A stretch of 64,000 nucleotides of DNA. It comes from Eledone cirrhosa. Taxonomy: Eukaryota. The DNA lies in assembly GCA_964016885.1 (NCBI GenBank), contig OZ024740.1, forward strand, positions 34,968,001 to 35,032,000, read 5' to 3'. The notes below the pieces were generated by a model, which had not been told where the DNA came from, did not search any database, and was given only the letters and a program-made list of their open reading frames with translations. Below, one piece after another: positions 1 to 15,000 of the stretch (positions within the stretch are counted from its first letter, which is position 1; every line of letters starts with the position of its first letter). Made by a program: the position numbers and the translations under genes.

Positions 1-3000
1 AGTGTATATGACAAAACCCAGTTATATTAGTATATATAAGTAAACCAATTTGTATTAGTATATATAACTAAACCAAATTATATTAGTATATATAACTAAA
101 CCAAGTTGTATTAGTATATATTACTAAACCAAGTTGTATTAGTATCTACAAGTAAAGCAAGTTGTATTAGTATATACAACTAAAGCAAGTTGTATTAGTA
201 TATATTACTAAACCAAGTTGTATTAGTATACATTACTAAACCAAGTTGAATTATCATATATAACTAAACCAAATTATATTAGTATATACAACTAAACCAA
301 TTTGTATTAGCATATATAACTAAACCAAGTCATATTAGTATATACAACTAAACCAAGTTGTATTAGTATATATAACTAAACCAAGTTGTATTAGTATCTA
401 TAACTAAACCAAGTTGTATTAGTATATATAACTAAACCAAGTTATATTAGTATATACAACTAAACCAAGTTGTATTAGTATATACAACTAAACGAAGTTG
501 TATTAGTATATACAACTAAACCAAGTTATATTAGTATATATAAATAAATCAAGTTGTATTAGTATATATAAATAAACCAAGTTATATTAGTATACATAAC
601 TAAACCAAGTTGTATTAGTATATATAACTGATCCAAGTTGAATTATTATACATAACTAAACCAAGCTGTATTAGTATATATAACTAAACCAAGTTGCATT
701 AGTATACATAACTAAACCAAGTTATATCAGCATATATTACTAAACTAAGTTGTATTAGTATATATTACTAAACCAAGTTATATTAGTATATATAGCTAAA
801 CGAAGTTATATTAGTATATACAACTAAACCAAGTTGTATTAGTATATACAACTAAACGAAGTTGTATTAGTATATACAACTAAACCAAGTTATATCAGTA
901 TATATAAATAAACCAAGTTGTATTAGTATATATAAATAAACCAAGTTATATTAGTATACATAACTAAACCAAGTTGTATTAGTATATATAACTAAACCAA
1001 GTTGCATTAGTATACATAACTAAACCAAGTTATATTAGTATATATTACTAAACTAAGTTGTATTAGTATATATTACTAAACCAAGTTATATTAGTATATA
1101 TAGCTAAACCAAGTTATATTAGTATATACAACTAAACCAAGTTGTATTAGTATATGTAACTAAACCAAGTTGTATTAGTATATATAACTAAACCAAGTTA
1201 TATTAGTATATACAACTAAACCAAGTTATATTAGTACATACAAGTAAACCAACATGTATTAGTATATACAACTAAACCACGTTGTATTAGTATATACAAC
1301 TAAACCAAGTTATATTAGTATATATAACTAAACCAAGTTGTATTAGTATATATAACTAAACCAAGTTGTATTAGTATACATAACTAAACCAAGTTGTATT
1401 AGTATATATAACTAAACCAAATTGAATTATTATATATAACTAAACCAAGCTGTATTAGTATATATAACTAAACCAAGTTGCATTAGAATACATAACTAAA
1501 CCAAGTTATATTTGTATATATTACTAAACTAAGTTGTATTAGTATATATTACTAAACCAAGGTATATAATATATATAGCTAAACCAAGTTATATTAGTAT
1601 ATACAACTAAACTAAGTTATAGTAGTATATACATCTAAACCAAGTTGTATTAGTATATACAACTAAACCAAGTTGTATTAGTATATACAACTTAACGAAG
1701 TTGTATTAGTATATACAACTAAACCAAGTTATATTAGTATATATAACTAAACCAAGTTATATTAGTGTATATGACAAAACCCAGTTATATTAGTATATAT
1801 AAGTAAACCAATTTGTATTAGTATATATAACTAAACCAAATTATATTAGTATATATAACTAAACCAAGTTGTATTAGTATATATTACTAAACCAAGTTGT
1901 ATTAGTATCTACAACTAAACCAAGTTATATTAGTATATATAGCTAAACCAAGTTATATTAGTATATACAACTAAACCAAGTTGTATTAGTATATACAACT
2001 AAACCAAGTTGTATTAGTATATACAACTTAACGAAGTTGTATTAGTATATACAACTAAACCAAGTTATATTAGTATATATAACTAAACCAAGTTACATTA
2101 GTGTATATGACAAAACCCAGTTATATTAGTATATATAAGTAAACCAATTTGTATTAGTATATATAACTAAACCAAATTATATTAGTATATATAACTAAAC
2201 CAAGTTGTATTAGTATATATTACTAAACCAAGTTGTATTAGTATCTACAAGTAAAGCAAGTTGTATTAGTATATACAACTAAAGCAAGTTGTATTAGTAT
2301 ATATTACTAAACCAAGTTGTATTAGTATACATTACTAAACCAAGTTGAATTATCATATATAACTAAACCAAATTATATTAGTATATACAACTAAACCAAT
2401 TTGTATTAGCATATATAACTAAACCAAGTCATATTAGTATATACAACTAAACCAAGTTGTATTAGTATATATAACTAAACCAAGTTGTATTAGTATCTAT
2501 AACTAAACCAAGTTGTATTAGTATATATAACTAAACCAAGTTATATTAGTATATACAACTAAACCAAGTTGTATTAGTATATACAACTAAACGAAGTTGT
2601 ATTAGTATATACAACTAAACCAAGTTATATTAGTATATATAAATAAATCAAGTTGTATTAGTATATATAAATAAACCAAGTTATATTAGTATACATAACT
2701 AAACCAAGTTGTATTAGTATATATAACTGATCCAAGTTGAATTATTATACATAACTAAACCAAGCTGTATTAGTATATATAACTAAACCAAGTTGCATTA
2801 GTATACATAACTAAACCAAGTTATATCAGCATATATTACTAAACTAAGTTGTATTAGTATATATTACTAAACCAAGTTATATTAGTATATATAGCTAAAC
2901 GAAGTTATATTAGTATATACAACTAAACCAAGTTGTATTAGTATATACAACTAAACGAAGTTGTATTAGTATATACAACTAAACCAAGTTATATCAGTAT

Positions 3001-6000
3001 ATATAAATAAACCAAGTTGTATTAGTATATATAAATAAACCAAGTTATATTAGTATACATAACTAAACCAAGTTGTATTAGTATATATAACTAAACCAAG
3101 TTGCATTAGTATACATAACTAAACCAAGTTATATTAGTATATATTACTAAACTAAGTTGTATTAGTATATATTACTAAACCAAGTTATATTAGTATATAT
3201 AGCTAAACCAAGTTATATTAGTATATACAACTAAACCAAGTTGTATTAGTATATGTAACTAAACCAAGTTGTATTAGTATATATAACTAAACCAAGTTAT
3301 ATTAGTATATACAACTAAACCAAGTTATATTAGTACATACAAGTAAACCAACATGTATTAGTATATACAACTAAACCACGTTGTATTAGTATATACAACT
3401 AAACCAAGTTATATTAGTATATATAACTAAACCAAGTTGTATTAGTATATATAACTAAACCAAGTTGTATTAGTATACATAACTAAACCAAGTTGTATTA
3501 GTATATATAACTAAACCAAATTGAATTATTATATATAACTAAACCAAGCTGTATTAGTATATATAACTAAACCAAGTTGCATTAGAATACATAACTAAAC
3601 CAAGTTATATTTGTATATATTACTAAACTAAGTTGTATTAGTATATATTACTAAACCAAGGTATATAATATATATAGCTAAACCAAGTTATATTAGTATA
3701 TACAACTAAACTAAGTTATAGTAGTATATACATCTAAACCAAGTTGTATTAGTATATACAACTAAACCAAGTTGTATTAGTATATACAACTTAACGAAGT
3801 TGTATTAGTATATACAACTAAACCAAGTTATATTAGTATATATAACTAAACCAAGTTATATTAGTGTATATGACAAAACCCAGTTATATTAGTATATATA
3901 AGTAAACCAATTTGTATTAGTATATATAACTAAACCAAATTATATTAGTATATATAACTAAACCAAGTTGTATTAGTATATATTACTAAACCAAGTTGTA
4001 TTAGTATCTACAACTAAACCAAGTTATATTAGTATATATAGCTAAACCAAGTTATATTAGTATATACAACTAAACCAAGTTGTATTAGTATATACAACTA
4101 AACCAAGTTTTATTAGTATATACAAGTAAAGCAAGTTGTATTAGTATATACAACTAAAGCAAGTTGTATTAGTATATATTACTAAACCAAGTTGTATTAG
4201 TATATATTACTAAACCAAGTTGAATTACCATATATAACTAAACCAAATTATATTAGTATATACAACTAAACCAATTTGTATTAGCATATATAACTAAACC
4301 AAGTCATATTAGTATATACAACTAAACCAAGTTGTATTAGTATATATAACTAAACCAAGTTGTATTAGTATATATAACTAAACCAAGTTGTATTAGTCTA
4401 TATAACTAAACCAAGTTATATAAGTATATACAACTAAACCAAGTTGTATTAGTATATACAACTAAACGAAGTTGTATTAGTATATACAACTAAACCAAGT
4501 TATATTAGTATATATAAATAAACCAAGTTGTATTAGTATATATAAATAAACCAAGTTATATTAGTATACATAACTAAACCAAGTTGTATTAGTATATATA
4601 ACTAAACCAAGTTGAATTATTATATATAACTAAACCAAGCTGTATTAGTATATATAACTAAACCAAGTTGCATTAGAATACATAACTAAACCAAGTTATA
4701 TTTGTATATATTACTAAACTAAGTTGTATTAGTATATATTACTAAACCAAGGTATCTTAGTATATATAGCTCAACCAAGTTATATTAGTATATACAACTA
4801 AACTAAGTTATATTAGTATATACATCTAAACCAAGTTGTATTAGTATATACAACTAAACCAAGTTGTATTAGTATATACAACTTAACGAAGTTGTATTAG
4901 TATATACAACTAAACCAAGTTATATTAGTATATATAACTAAACCAAGTTTTATTAGTGTATATGACAAAACCCAGTTATATTAGTATATATAAGTAAACC
5001 AATTTGTATAAGTATATATAACTAAACCAAATTATATTAGTATATATAACTAAACCAAGTTGTATTAGTATATATTACTAAACCAAGTTGTATTAGTATC
5101 TACATCTAAACCAAGTTATATTAGTATATATAGCTAAACCAAGTTATATTAGTATATACAACTAAACCAAGTTGTATTAGTATATACAACTAAACCAAGT
5201 TTTATTAGTATATACAAGTAAAGCAAGTTGTATTAGTATATACAACTAAAGCAAGTTGTATTAGTATATATTACTAAACCAAGTTGTATTAGTATATATT
5301 ACTAAACCAAGTTGAATTACCATATATAACTAAACCAAATTATATTAGTATATACAACTAAACCAATTTGTATTAGCATATATAACTAAACCAAGTCATA
5401 TTAGTATATACAACTAAACCAAGTTGTATTAGTATATATAACTAAACCAAGTTGTATTAGTATATATAACTAAACCAAGTTGTATTAGTCTATATAACTA
5501 AACCAAGTTATATAAGTATATACAACTAAACCAAGTTGTATTAGTATATACAACTAAACGAAGTTGTATTAGTATATACAACTAAACCAAGTTATATTAG
5601 TATATATAAATAAACCAAGTTGTATTAGTATATATAAATAAACCAAGTTATATTAGTATACATAACTAAACCAAGTTGTATTAGTATATATAACTAATCC
5701 AAGTTAAATTATTATATATAACTAAACCAAGCTGTATTAGTATATATAACTAAACCAAGTTGCATTAGTATACATAACTAAACCAAGTTATATTAGTATA
5801 TATTACTAAACTAAGTTGTATTAGTATATATTACTAAACCAAGTTATATTAGTATATATAGCTAAACCAAGTTATATTAGTATATACAACTAAACCAAGT
5901 TGTATTAGTATATGTAACTAAACCAAGTTGTATTAGTATATATAACTAAACCAAGTTATATTAGTATATACAACTAAACCAAGTTATATTAGTACATACA

Positions 6001-9000
6001 AGTAAACCAACATGTATTAGTATATACAACTAAACCACGTTGTATTAGTATATACAACTAAACCAAGTTATATTAGTATATATAACTAAACCAAGTTGTA
6101 TTAGTATATATAACTAAACCAAGTTGTATTAGTATACATAAATATACCAAGTTGTATTAGTATATATAACTAAACCAAATTGAATTATTATATATAACTA
6201 AACCAAGCTGTATTAGTATATATAACTAAACCAAGTTGCATTAGAATACATAACTAAACCAAGTTATATTTGTATATATTACTAAACTAAGTTGTATTAG
6301 TATATATTACTAAACCAAGGTATATAATATATATAGCTAAACCAAGTTATATTAGTATATACAACTAAACTAAGTTATATTAGTATATACATCTAAACCA
6401 AGTTGTATTAGTATATACAACTAAACCAAGTTGTATTAGTATATACAACTTAACGAAGTTGTATTAGTATATACAACTAAACCAAGTTATATTAGTATAT
6501 ATAACTAAACCAAGTTATATTAGTGTATATGACAAAACCCAGTTATATTAGTATATATAAGTAAACCAATTTGTATTAGTATATATAACTAAACCAAATT
6601 ATATTAGTATATATAACTAAACCAAGTTGTATTAGTATATATTACTAAACCAAGTTGTATTAGTATCTACAACTAAACCAAGTTATATTAGTATATATAG
6701 CTAAACCAAGTTATATTAGTATATACAACTAAACCAAGTTGTATTAGTATATACAACTAAACCAAGTTTTATTAGTATATACAAGTAAAGCAAGTTGTAT
6801 TAGTATATACAACTAAAGCAAGTTGTATTAGTATATATTACTAAACCAAGTTGTATTAGTATATATTACTAAACCAAGTTGAATTACCATATATAACTAA
6901 ACCAAATTATATTAGTATATACAACTAAACCAATTTGTATTAGCATATATAACTAAACCAAGTTGTATTAGTATATATAACTAAACCAAGTTGTATTAGT
7001 ATATATAACTAAACCAAGTTGTATTAGTCTATATAACTAAACCAAGTTATATAAGTATATACAACTAAACCAAGTTGTATTAGTATATACAACTAAACGA
7101 AGTTGTATTAGTATATACAACTAAACCAAGTTATATTAGTATATATAAATAAACCAAGTTGTATTAGTATATATAAATAAACCAAGTTATATTAGTATAC
7201 ATAACTAAACCAAGTTGTATTAGTATATATAACTAAACCAAGTTGAATTATTATATATAACTAAACCAAGCTGTATTAGTATATATAACTAAACCAAGTT
7301 GCATTAGAATACATAACTAAACCAAGTTATATTTGTATATATTACTAAACTAAGTTGTATTAGTATATATTACTAAACCAAGGTATATTAGTATATATAG
7401 CTAAACCAAGTTATATTAGTATATACAACTAAACTAAGTTATATTAGTATATACATCTAAACCAAGTTGTATTAGTATATACAACTAAACCAAGTTGTAT
7501 TAGTATATACAACTTAACGAAGTTGTATTAGTATATACAACTAAACCAAGTTATATTAGTATATATAACTAAACCAAGTTTTATTAGTGTATATGACAAA
7601 ACCCAGTTATATTAGTATATATAAGTAAACCAATTTGTATAAGTATATATAACTAAACCAAATTATATTAGTATATATAACTAAACCAAGTTGTATTAGT
7701 ATATATTACTAAACCAAGTTGTATTAGTATCTACATCTAAACCAAGTTATATTAGTATATATAGCTAAACCAAGTTATATTAGTATATACAACTAAACCA
7801 AGTTGTATTAGTATATACAACTAAACCAAGTTTTATTAGTATATACAAGTAAAGCAAGTTGTATTAGTATATACAACTAAAGCAAGTTGTATTAGTATAT
7901 ATAACTAAACCAAGTTGTATTAGTCTATATAACTAAACCAAGTTATATAAGTATATACAACTAAACCAAGTTGTATTAGTATATACAACTAAACGAAGTT
8001 GTATTAGTATATACAACTAAACCAAGTTATATTAGTATATATAAATAAACCAAGTTGTATTAGTATATATAAATAAACCAAGTTATATTAGTATACATAA
8101 CTAAACCAAGTTGTATTAGTATATATAACTAATCCAAGTTGAATTATTATATATAACTAAACCAAGCTGTATTAGTATATATAACTAAACCAAGTTGCAT
8201 TAGTATACATAACTAAACCAAGTTATATTAGTATATATTACTAAACCAAGTTATATTAGTATATATAGCTAAACTAAGTTATATTAGTATATACAACTAA
8301 ACCAAGTTGTATTAGTATATGTAACTAAACCAAGTTGTATTAGTATATATAACTAAACCAAGTTATATTAGTATATACAACTAAACCAAGTTATATTAGT
8401 ATATACAAGTAAACCAACATGTATTAGTATATACTGCTAAACCACGTTGTATTAGTATATACAACTAAACCCAGTTATATTAGTATATACAAATAAACCA
8501 AGTTGTATTAGTATATATAACTAAACCAAGTTGTATTAGTATATATAAGTAAACCAAGTTATATTAGTATATACAACTAAACCATGTTGTATGAGTATAT
8601 GTAACTAAAGCAAGTTATATTAGTATATATAACTAAACCAAGTTGTATTAGTATATATACGTAAACCAAGTTATAATAGTGTATATAACTAAACCCAGTT
8701 ATATTAGTATATATAGGTAAACCAATTTGTAATAGTATATATAACTAAACCAAATTATATTAGTATATATAACTAAACCAAGTTGTATTAGTATATATTA
8801 CTAAACCAAGTTGTATTAGTATATATTACTAAACCAAGTTGTATTACCATATATAACTAAACCAAATTATATTAGTATATACAACTAAACCAATTTGTAT
8901 TAGCATATATAACTAAACCAAGTCATATTAGTATATACAACTAAACCAAGTTGTATTAGTATATATAACTAAACCAAGTTGTATTAGTATATATAACTGA

Positions 9001-12000
9001 ACCAAGTTGTATTAGTATATGTAACTAAACCAAGTTGTATTAGTATATATAACTAAACCAAGTTATATTAGTATATACAACTAAACCAAGTTATATTAGT
9101 ATATACAAGTAAACCAACATGTATTAGTATATACAACTAAACCACGTTGTATTAGTATATACAACTAAACCAAGTTATATTAGTATATACAACTAAACCA
9201 AGTTGTATTAGTATATATAACTAAACCAAGTTGTATTAGTATATATAAGTAAACCAAGTTATATTAGTATATACAACTAAACCATGTTGTATTAGTATAT
9301 ATAACTAAAGTAAGTTATATTAGTATATATAACTAAACCAAGTTGTATTAGTATATATAAATAAATCAAGTTGTATTAGTATATATAAATAAACCAAGTT
9401 ATATCAGTATATATTACTAAACTAAGTTGTATTAGTATATATTACTAAACCAAGTTATATTAGTATATATAGCTAAACGAAGTTATATTATTATATACAA
9501 CTAAACCAAGTTGTATTAGTATATATAACTGATCCAAGTTGAATTATTATACATAACTAAACCAAGCTGTATTAGTATATATAACTAAACCAAGTTGCAT
9601 TAGTATACATAACTAAACCAAGTTATATCAGTATATATTACTAAACTAAGTTGTATTAGTATATATTACTAAACCAAGTTATATTAGTATATATAGCTAA
9701 ACGAAGTTATATTAGTATATACAACTAAACCAAGTTGTATTAGTATATACAACTAAACGAAGTTGTATTAGTATATACAACTAAACCAAGTTATAACAGT
9801 ATATATAAATAAACCAAGTTGTATTAGTATATATAAATAAACCAAGTTATATTAGTATACATAACTAAACCAAGTTGTATTAGTATATATAACTAAACCA
9901 AGTTGCATTAGTATACATAACTAAACCAAGTTATATTAGTATATATTACTAAACTAAGTTGTATTAGTATATATTACTAAACCAAGTTATATTAGTATAT
10001 ATAGCTAAACCAAGTTATATTAGTATATACAACTAAACCAAGTTGTATTAGTATATATAACTAAACCAAGTTATATTAGTATATACAACTAAACCAAGTT
10101 ATATTAGTACATACAAGTAAACCAACATGTATTAGTATATACAACTAAACCACGTTGTATTAGTATATACAACTAAACCAAGTTATATTAGTATATATAA
10201 CTAAACCAAGTTGTATTAGTATATATAACTAAACCAAGTTGTATTAGTATACATAACTAAACCAAGTTGTATTAGTATATATAACTAAACCAAATTGAAT
10301 TATTATATATAACTAAACCAAGCTGTATTAGTATATATAACTAAACCAAGTTGCATTAGAATACATAACTAAACCAAGTTATATTTGTATATATTACTAA
10401 ACTAAGTTGTATTAGTATATATTACTAAACCAAGGTATATAATATATATAGCTAAACAAAGTTATATTAGTATATACAACTAAACTAAGTTATAGTAGTA
10501 TATACATCTAAACCAAGTTGTATTAGTATATACAACTAAACCAAGTTGTATTAGTATATACAACTTAACGAAGTTGTATTAGTATATACAACTAAACCAA
10601 GTTATATTAGTATATATAACTAAACCAAGTTATATTAGTGTATATGACAAAACCCAGTTATATTAGTATATATAAGTAAACCAATTTGTATTAGTATATA
10701 TAACTAAACCAAATTATATTAGTATATATAACTAAACCAAGTTGTATTAGTATATATTACTAAACCAAGTTGTATTAGTATCTACAACTAAACCAAGTTA
10801 TATTAGTATATATAGCTAAACCAAGTTATATTAGTATATACAACTAAACCAAGTTGTATTAGTATATACAACTAAACCAAGTTTTATTAGTATATACAAG
10901 TAAAGCAAGTTGTATTAGTATATACAACTAAAGCAAGTTGTATTAGTATATATTACTAAACCAAGTTGTATTAGTATATATTACTAAACCAAGTTGAATT
11001 ACCATATATAACTAAACCAAATTATATTAGTATATACAACTAAACCAATTTGTATTAGCATATATAACTAAACCAAGTCATATTAGTATATACAACTAAA
11101 CCAAGTTGTATTAGTATATATAACTAAACCAAGTTGTATTAGTATATATAACTAAACCAAGTTGTATTAGTCTATATAACTAAACCAAGTTATATAAGTA
11201 TATACAACTAAACCAAGTTGTATTAGTATATACAACTAAACGAAGTTGTATTAGTATATACAACTAAACCAAGTTATATTAGTATATATAAATAAACCAA
11301 GTTGTATTAGTATATATAAATAAACCAAGTTATATTAGTATACATAACTAAACCAAGTTGTATTAGTATATATAACTAAACCAAGTTGAATTATTATATA
11401 TAACTAAACCAAGCTGTATTAGTATATATAACTAAACCAAGTTGCATTAGAATACATAACTAAACCAAGTTATATTTGTATATATTACTAAACTAAGTTG
11501 TATTAGTATATATTACTAAACCAAGGTATCTTAGTATATATAGCTAAACCAAGTTATATTAGTATATACAACTAAACTAAGTTATATTAGTATATACATC
11601 TAAACCAAGTTGTATTAGTATATACAACTAAACCAAGTTGTATTAGTATATACAACTTAACGAAGTTGTATTAGTATATACAACTAAACCAAGTTATATT
11701 AGTATATATAACTAAACCAAGTTTTATTAGTGTATATGACAAAACCCAGTTATATTAGTATATATAAGTAAACCAATTTGTATAAGTATATATAACTAAA
11801 CCAAATTATATTAGTATATATAACTAAACCAAGTTGTATTAGTATATATTACTAAACCAAGTTGTATTAGTATCTACATCTAAACCAAGTTATATTAGTA
11901 TATATAGCTAAACCAAGTTATATTAGTATATACAACTAAACCAAGTTGTATTAGTATATACAACTAAACCAAGTTTTATTAGTATATACAAGTAAAGCAA

Positions 12001-15000
12001 GTTGTATTAGTATATACAACTAAAGCAAGTTGTATTAGTATATATTACTAAACCAAGTTGTATTAGTATATATTACTAAACCAAGTTGAATTACCATATA
12101 TAACTAAACCAAATTATATTAGTATATACAACTAAACCAATTTGTATTAGCATATATAACTAAACCAAGTCATATTAGTATATACAACTAAACCAAGTTG
12201 TATTAGTATATATAACTAAACCAAGTTGTATTAGTATATATAACTAAACCAAGTTGTATTAGTCTATATAACTAAACCAAGTTATATAAGTATATACAAC
12301 TAAACCAAGTTGTATTAGTATATACAACTAAACGAAGTTGTATTAGTATATACAACTAAACCAAGTTATATTAGTATATATAAATAAACCAAGTTGTATT
12401 AGTATATATAAATAAACCAAGTTATATTAGTATACATAACTAAACCAAGTTGTATTAGTATATATAACTAATCCAAGTTAAATTATTATATATAACTAAA
12501 CCAAGCTGTATTAGTATATATAACTAAACCAAGTTGCATTAGTATACATAACTAAACCAAGTTATATTAGTATATATTACTAAACTAAGTTGTATTAGTA
12601 TATATTACTAAACCAAGTTATATTAGTATATATAGCTAAACCAAGTTATATTAGTATATACAACTAAACCAAGTTGTATTAGTATATGTAACTAAACCAA
12701 GTTGTATTAGTATATATAACTAAACCAAGTTATATTAGTATATACAACTAAACCAAGTTATATTAGTACATACAAGTAAACCAACATGTATTAGTATATA
12801 CAACTAAACCACGTTGTATTAGTATATACAACTAAACCAAGTTATATTAGTATATATAACTAAACCAAGTTGTATTAGTATATATAACTAAACCAAGTTG
12901 TATTAGTATACATAACTAAACCAAGTTGTATTAGTATATATAACTAAACCAAATTGAATTATTATATATAACTAAACCAAGCTGTATTAGTATATATAAC
13001 TAAACCAAGTTGCATTAGAATACATAACTAAACCAAGTTATATTTGTATATATTACTAAACTAAGTTGTATTAGTATATATTACTAAACCAAGGTATATA
13101 ATATATATAGCTAAACCAAGTTATATTAGTATATACAACTAAACTAAGTTATATTAGTATATACATCTAAACCAAGTTGTATTAGTATATACAACTAAAC
13201 CAAGTTGTATTAGTATATACAACTTAACGAAGTTGTATTAGTATATACAACTAAACCAAGTTATATTAGTATATATAACTAAACCAAGTTATATTAGTGT
13301 ATATGACAAAACCCAGTTATATTAGTATATATAAGTAAACCAATTTGTATTAGTATATATAACTAAACCAAATTATATTAGTATATATAACTAAACCAAG
13401 TTGTATTAGTATATATTACTAAACCAAGTTGTATTAGTATCTACAACTAAACCAAGTTATATTAGTATATATAGCTAGACCAAGTTATATTAGTATATAC
13501 AACTAAACCAAGTTGTATTAGTATATACAACTAAACCAAGTTTTATTAGTATATACAAGTAAAGCAAGTTGTATTAGTATATACAACTAAAGCAAGTTGT
13601 ATTAGTATATATTACTAAACCAAGTTGTATTAGTATATATTACTAAACCAAGTTGAATTACCATATATAACTAAACCAAATTATATTAGTATATACAACT
13701 AAACCAATTTGTATTAGCATATATAACTAAACCAAGTTGTATTAGTATATATAACTAAACCAAGTTGTATTAGTATATATAACTAAACCAAGTTGTATTA
13801 GTCTATATAACTAAACCAAGTTATATAAGTATATACAACTAAACCAAGTTGTATTAGTATATACAACTAAACGAAGTTGTATTAGTATATACAACTAAAC
13901 CAAGTTATATTAGTATATATAAATAAACCAAGTTGTATTAGTATATATAAATAAACCAAGTTATATTAGTATACATAACTAAACCAAGTTGTATTAGTAT
14001 ATATAACTAAACCAAGTTGAATTATTATATATAACTAAACCAAGCTGTATTAGTATATATAACTAAACCAAGTTGCATTAGAATACATAACTAAACCAAG
14101 TTATATTTGTATATATTACTAAACTAAGTTGTATTAGTATATATTATTAAACCAAGGTATATTAGTATATATAGCTAAACCAAGTTATATTAGTATATAC
14201 AACTAAACTAAGTTATATTAGTATATACATCTAAACCAAGTTGTATTAGTATATACAACTAAACCAAGTTGTATTAGTATATACAACTTAACGAAGTTGT
14301 ATTAGTATATACAACTAAACCAAGTTATATTAGTATATATAACTAAACCAAGTTTTATTAGTGTATATGACAAAACCCAGTTATATTAGTATATATAAGT
14401 AAACCAATTTGTATAAGTATATATAACTAAACCAAATTATATTAGTATATATAACTAAACCAAGTTGTATTAGTATATATTACTAAACCAAGTTGTATTA
14501 GTATCTACATCTAAACCAAGTTATATTAGTATATATAGCTAAACCAAGTTATATTAGTATATACAACTAAACCAAGTTGTATTAGTATATACAACTAAAC
14601 CAAGTTTTATTAGTATATACAAGTAAAGCAAGTTGTATTAGTATATACAACTAAAGCAAGTTGTATTAGTATATATAACTAAACCAAGTTGTATTAGTCT
14701 ATATAACTAAACCAAGTTATATAAGTATATACAACTAAACCAAGTTGTATTAGTATATACAACTAAACGAAGTTGTATTAGTATATACAACTAAACCAAG
14801 TTATATTAGTATATATAAATAAACCAAGTTGTATTAGTATATATAAATAAACCAAGTTATATTAGTATACATAACTAAACCAAGTTGTATTAGTATATAT
14901 AACTAATCCAAGTTGAATTATTATATATAACTAAACCAAGCTGTATTAGTATATATAACTAAACCAAGTTGCATTAGTATACATAACTAAACCAAGTTAT

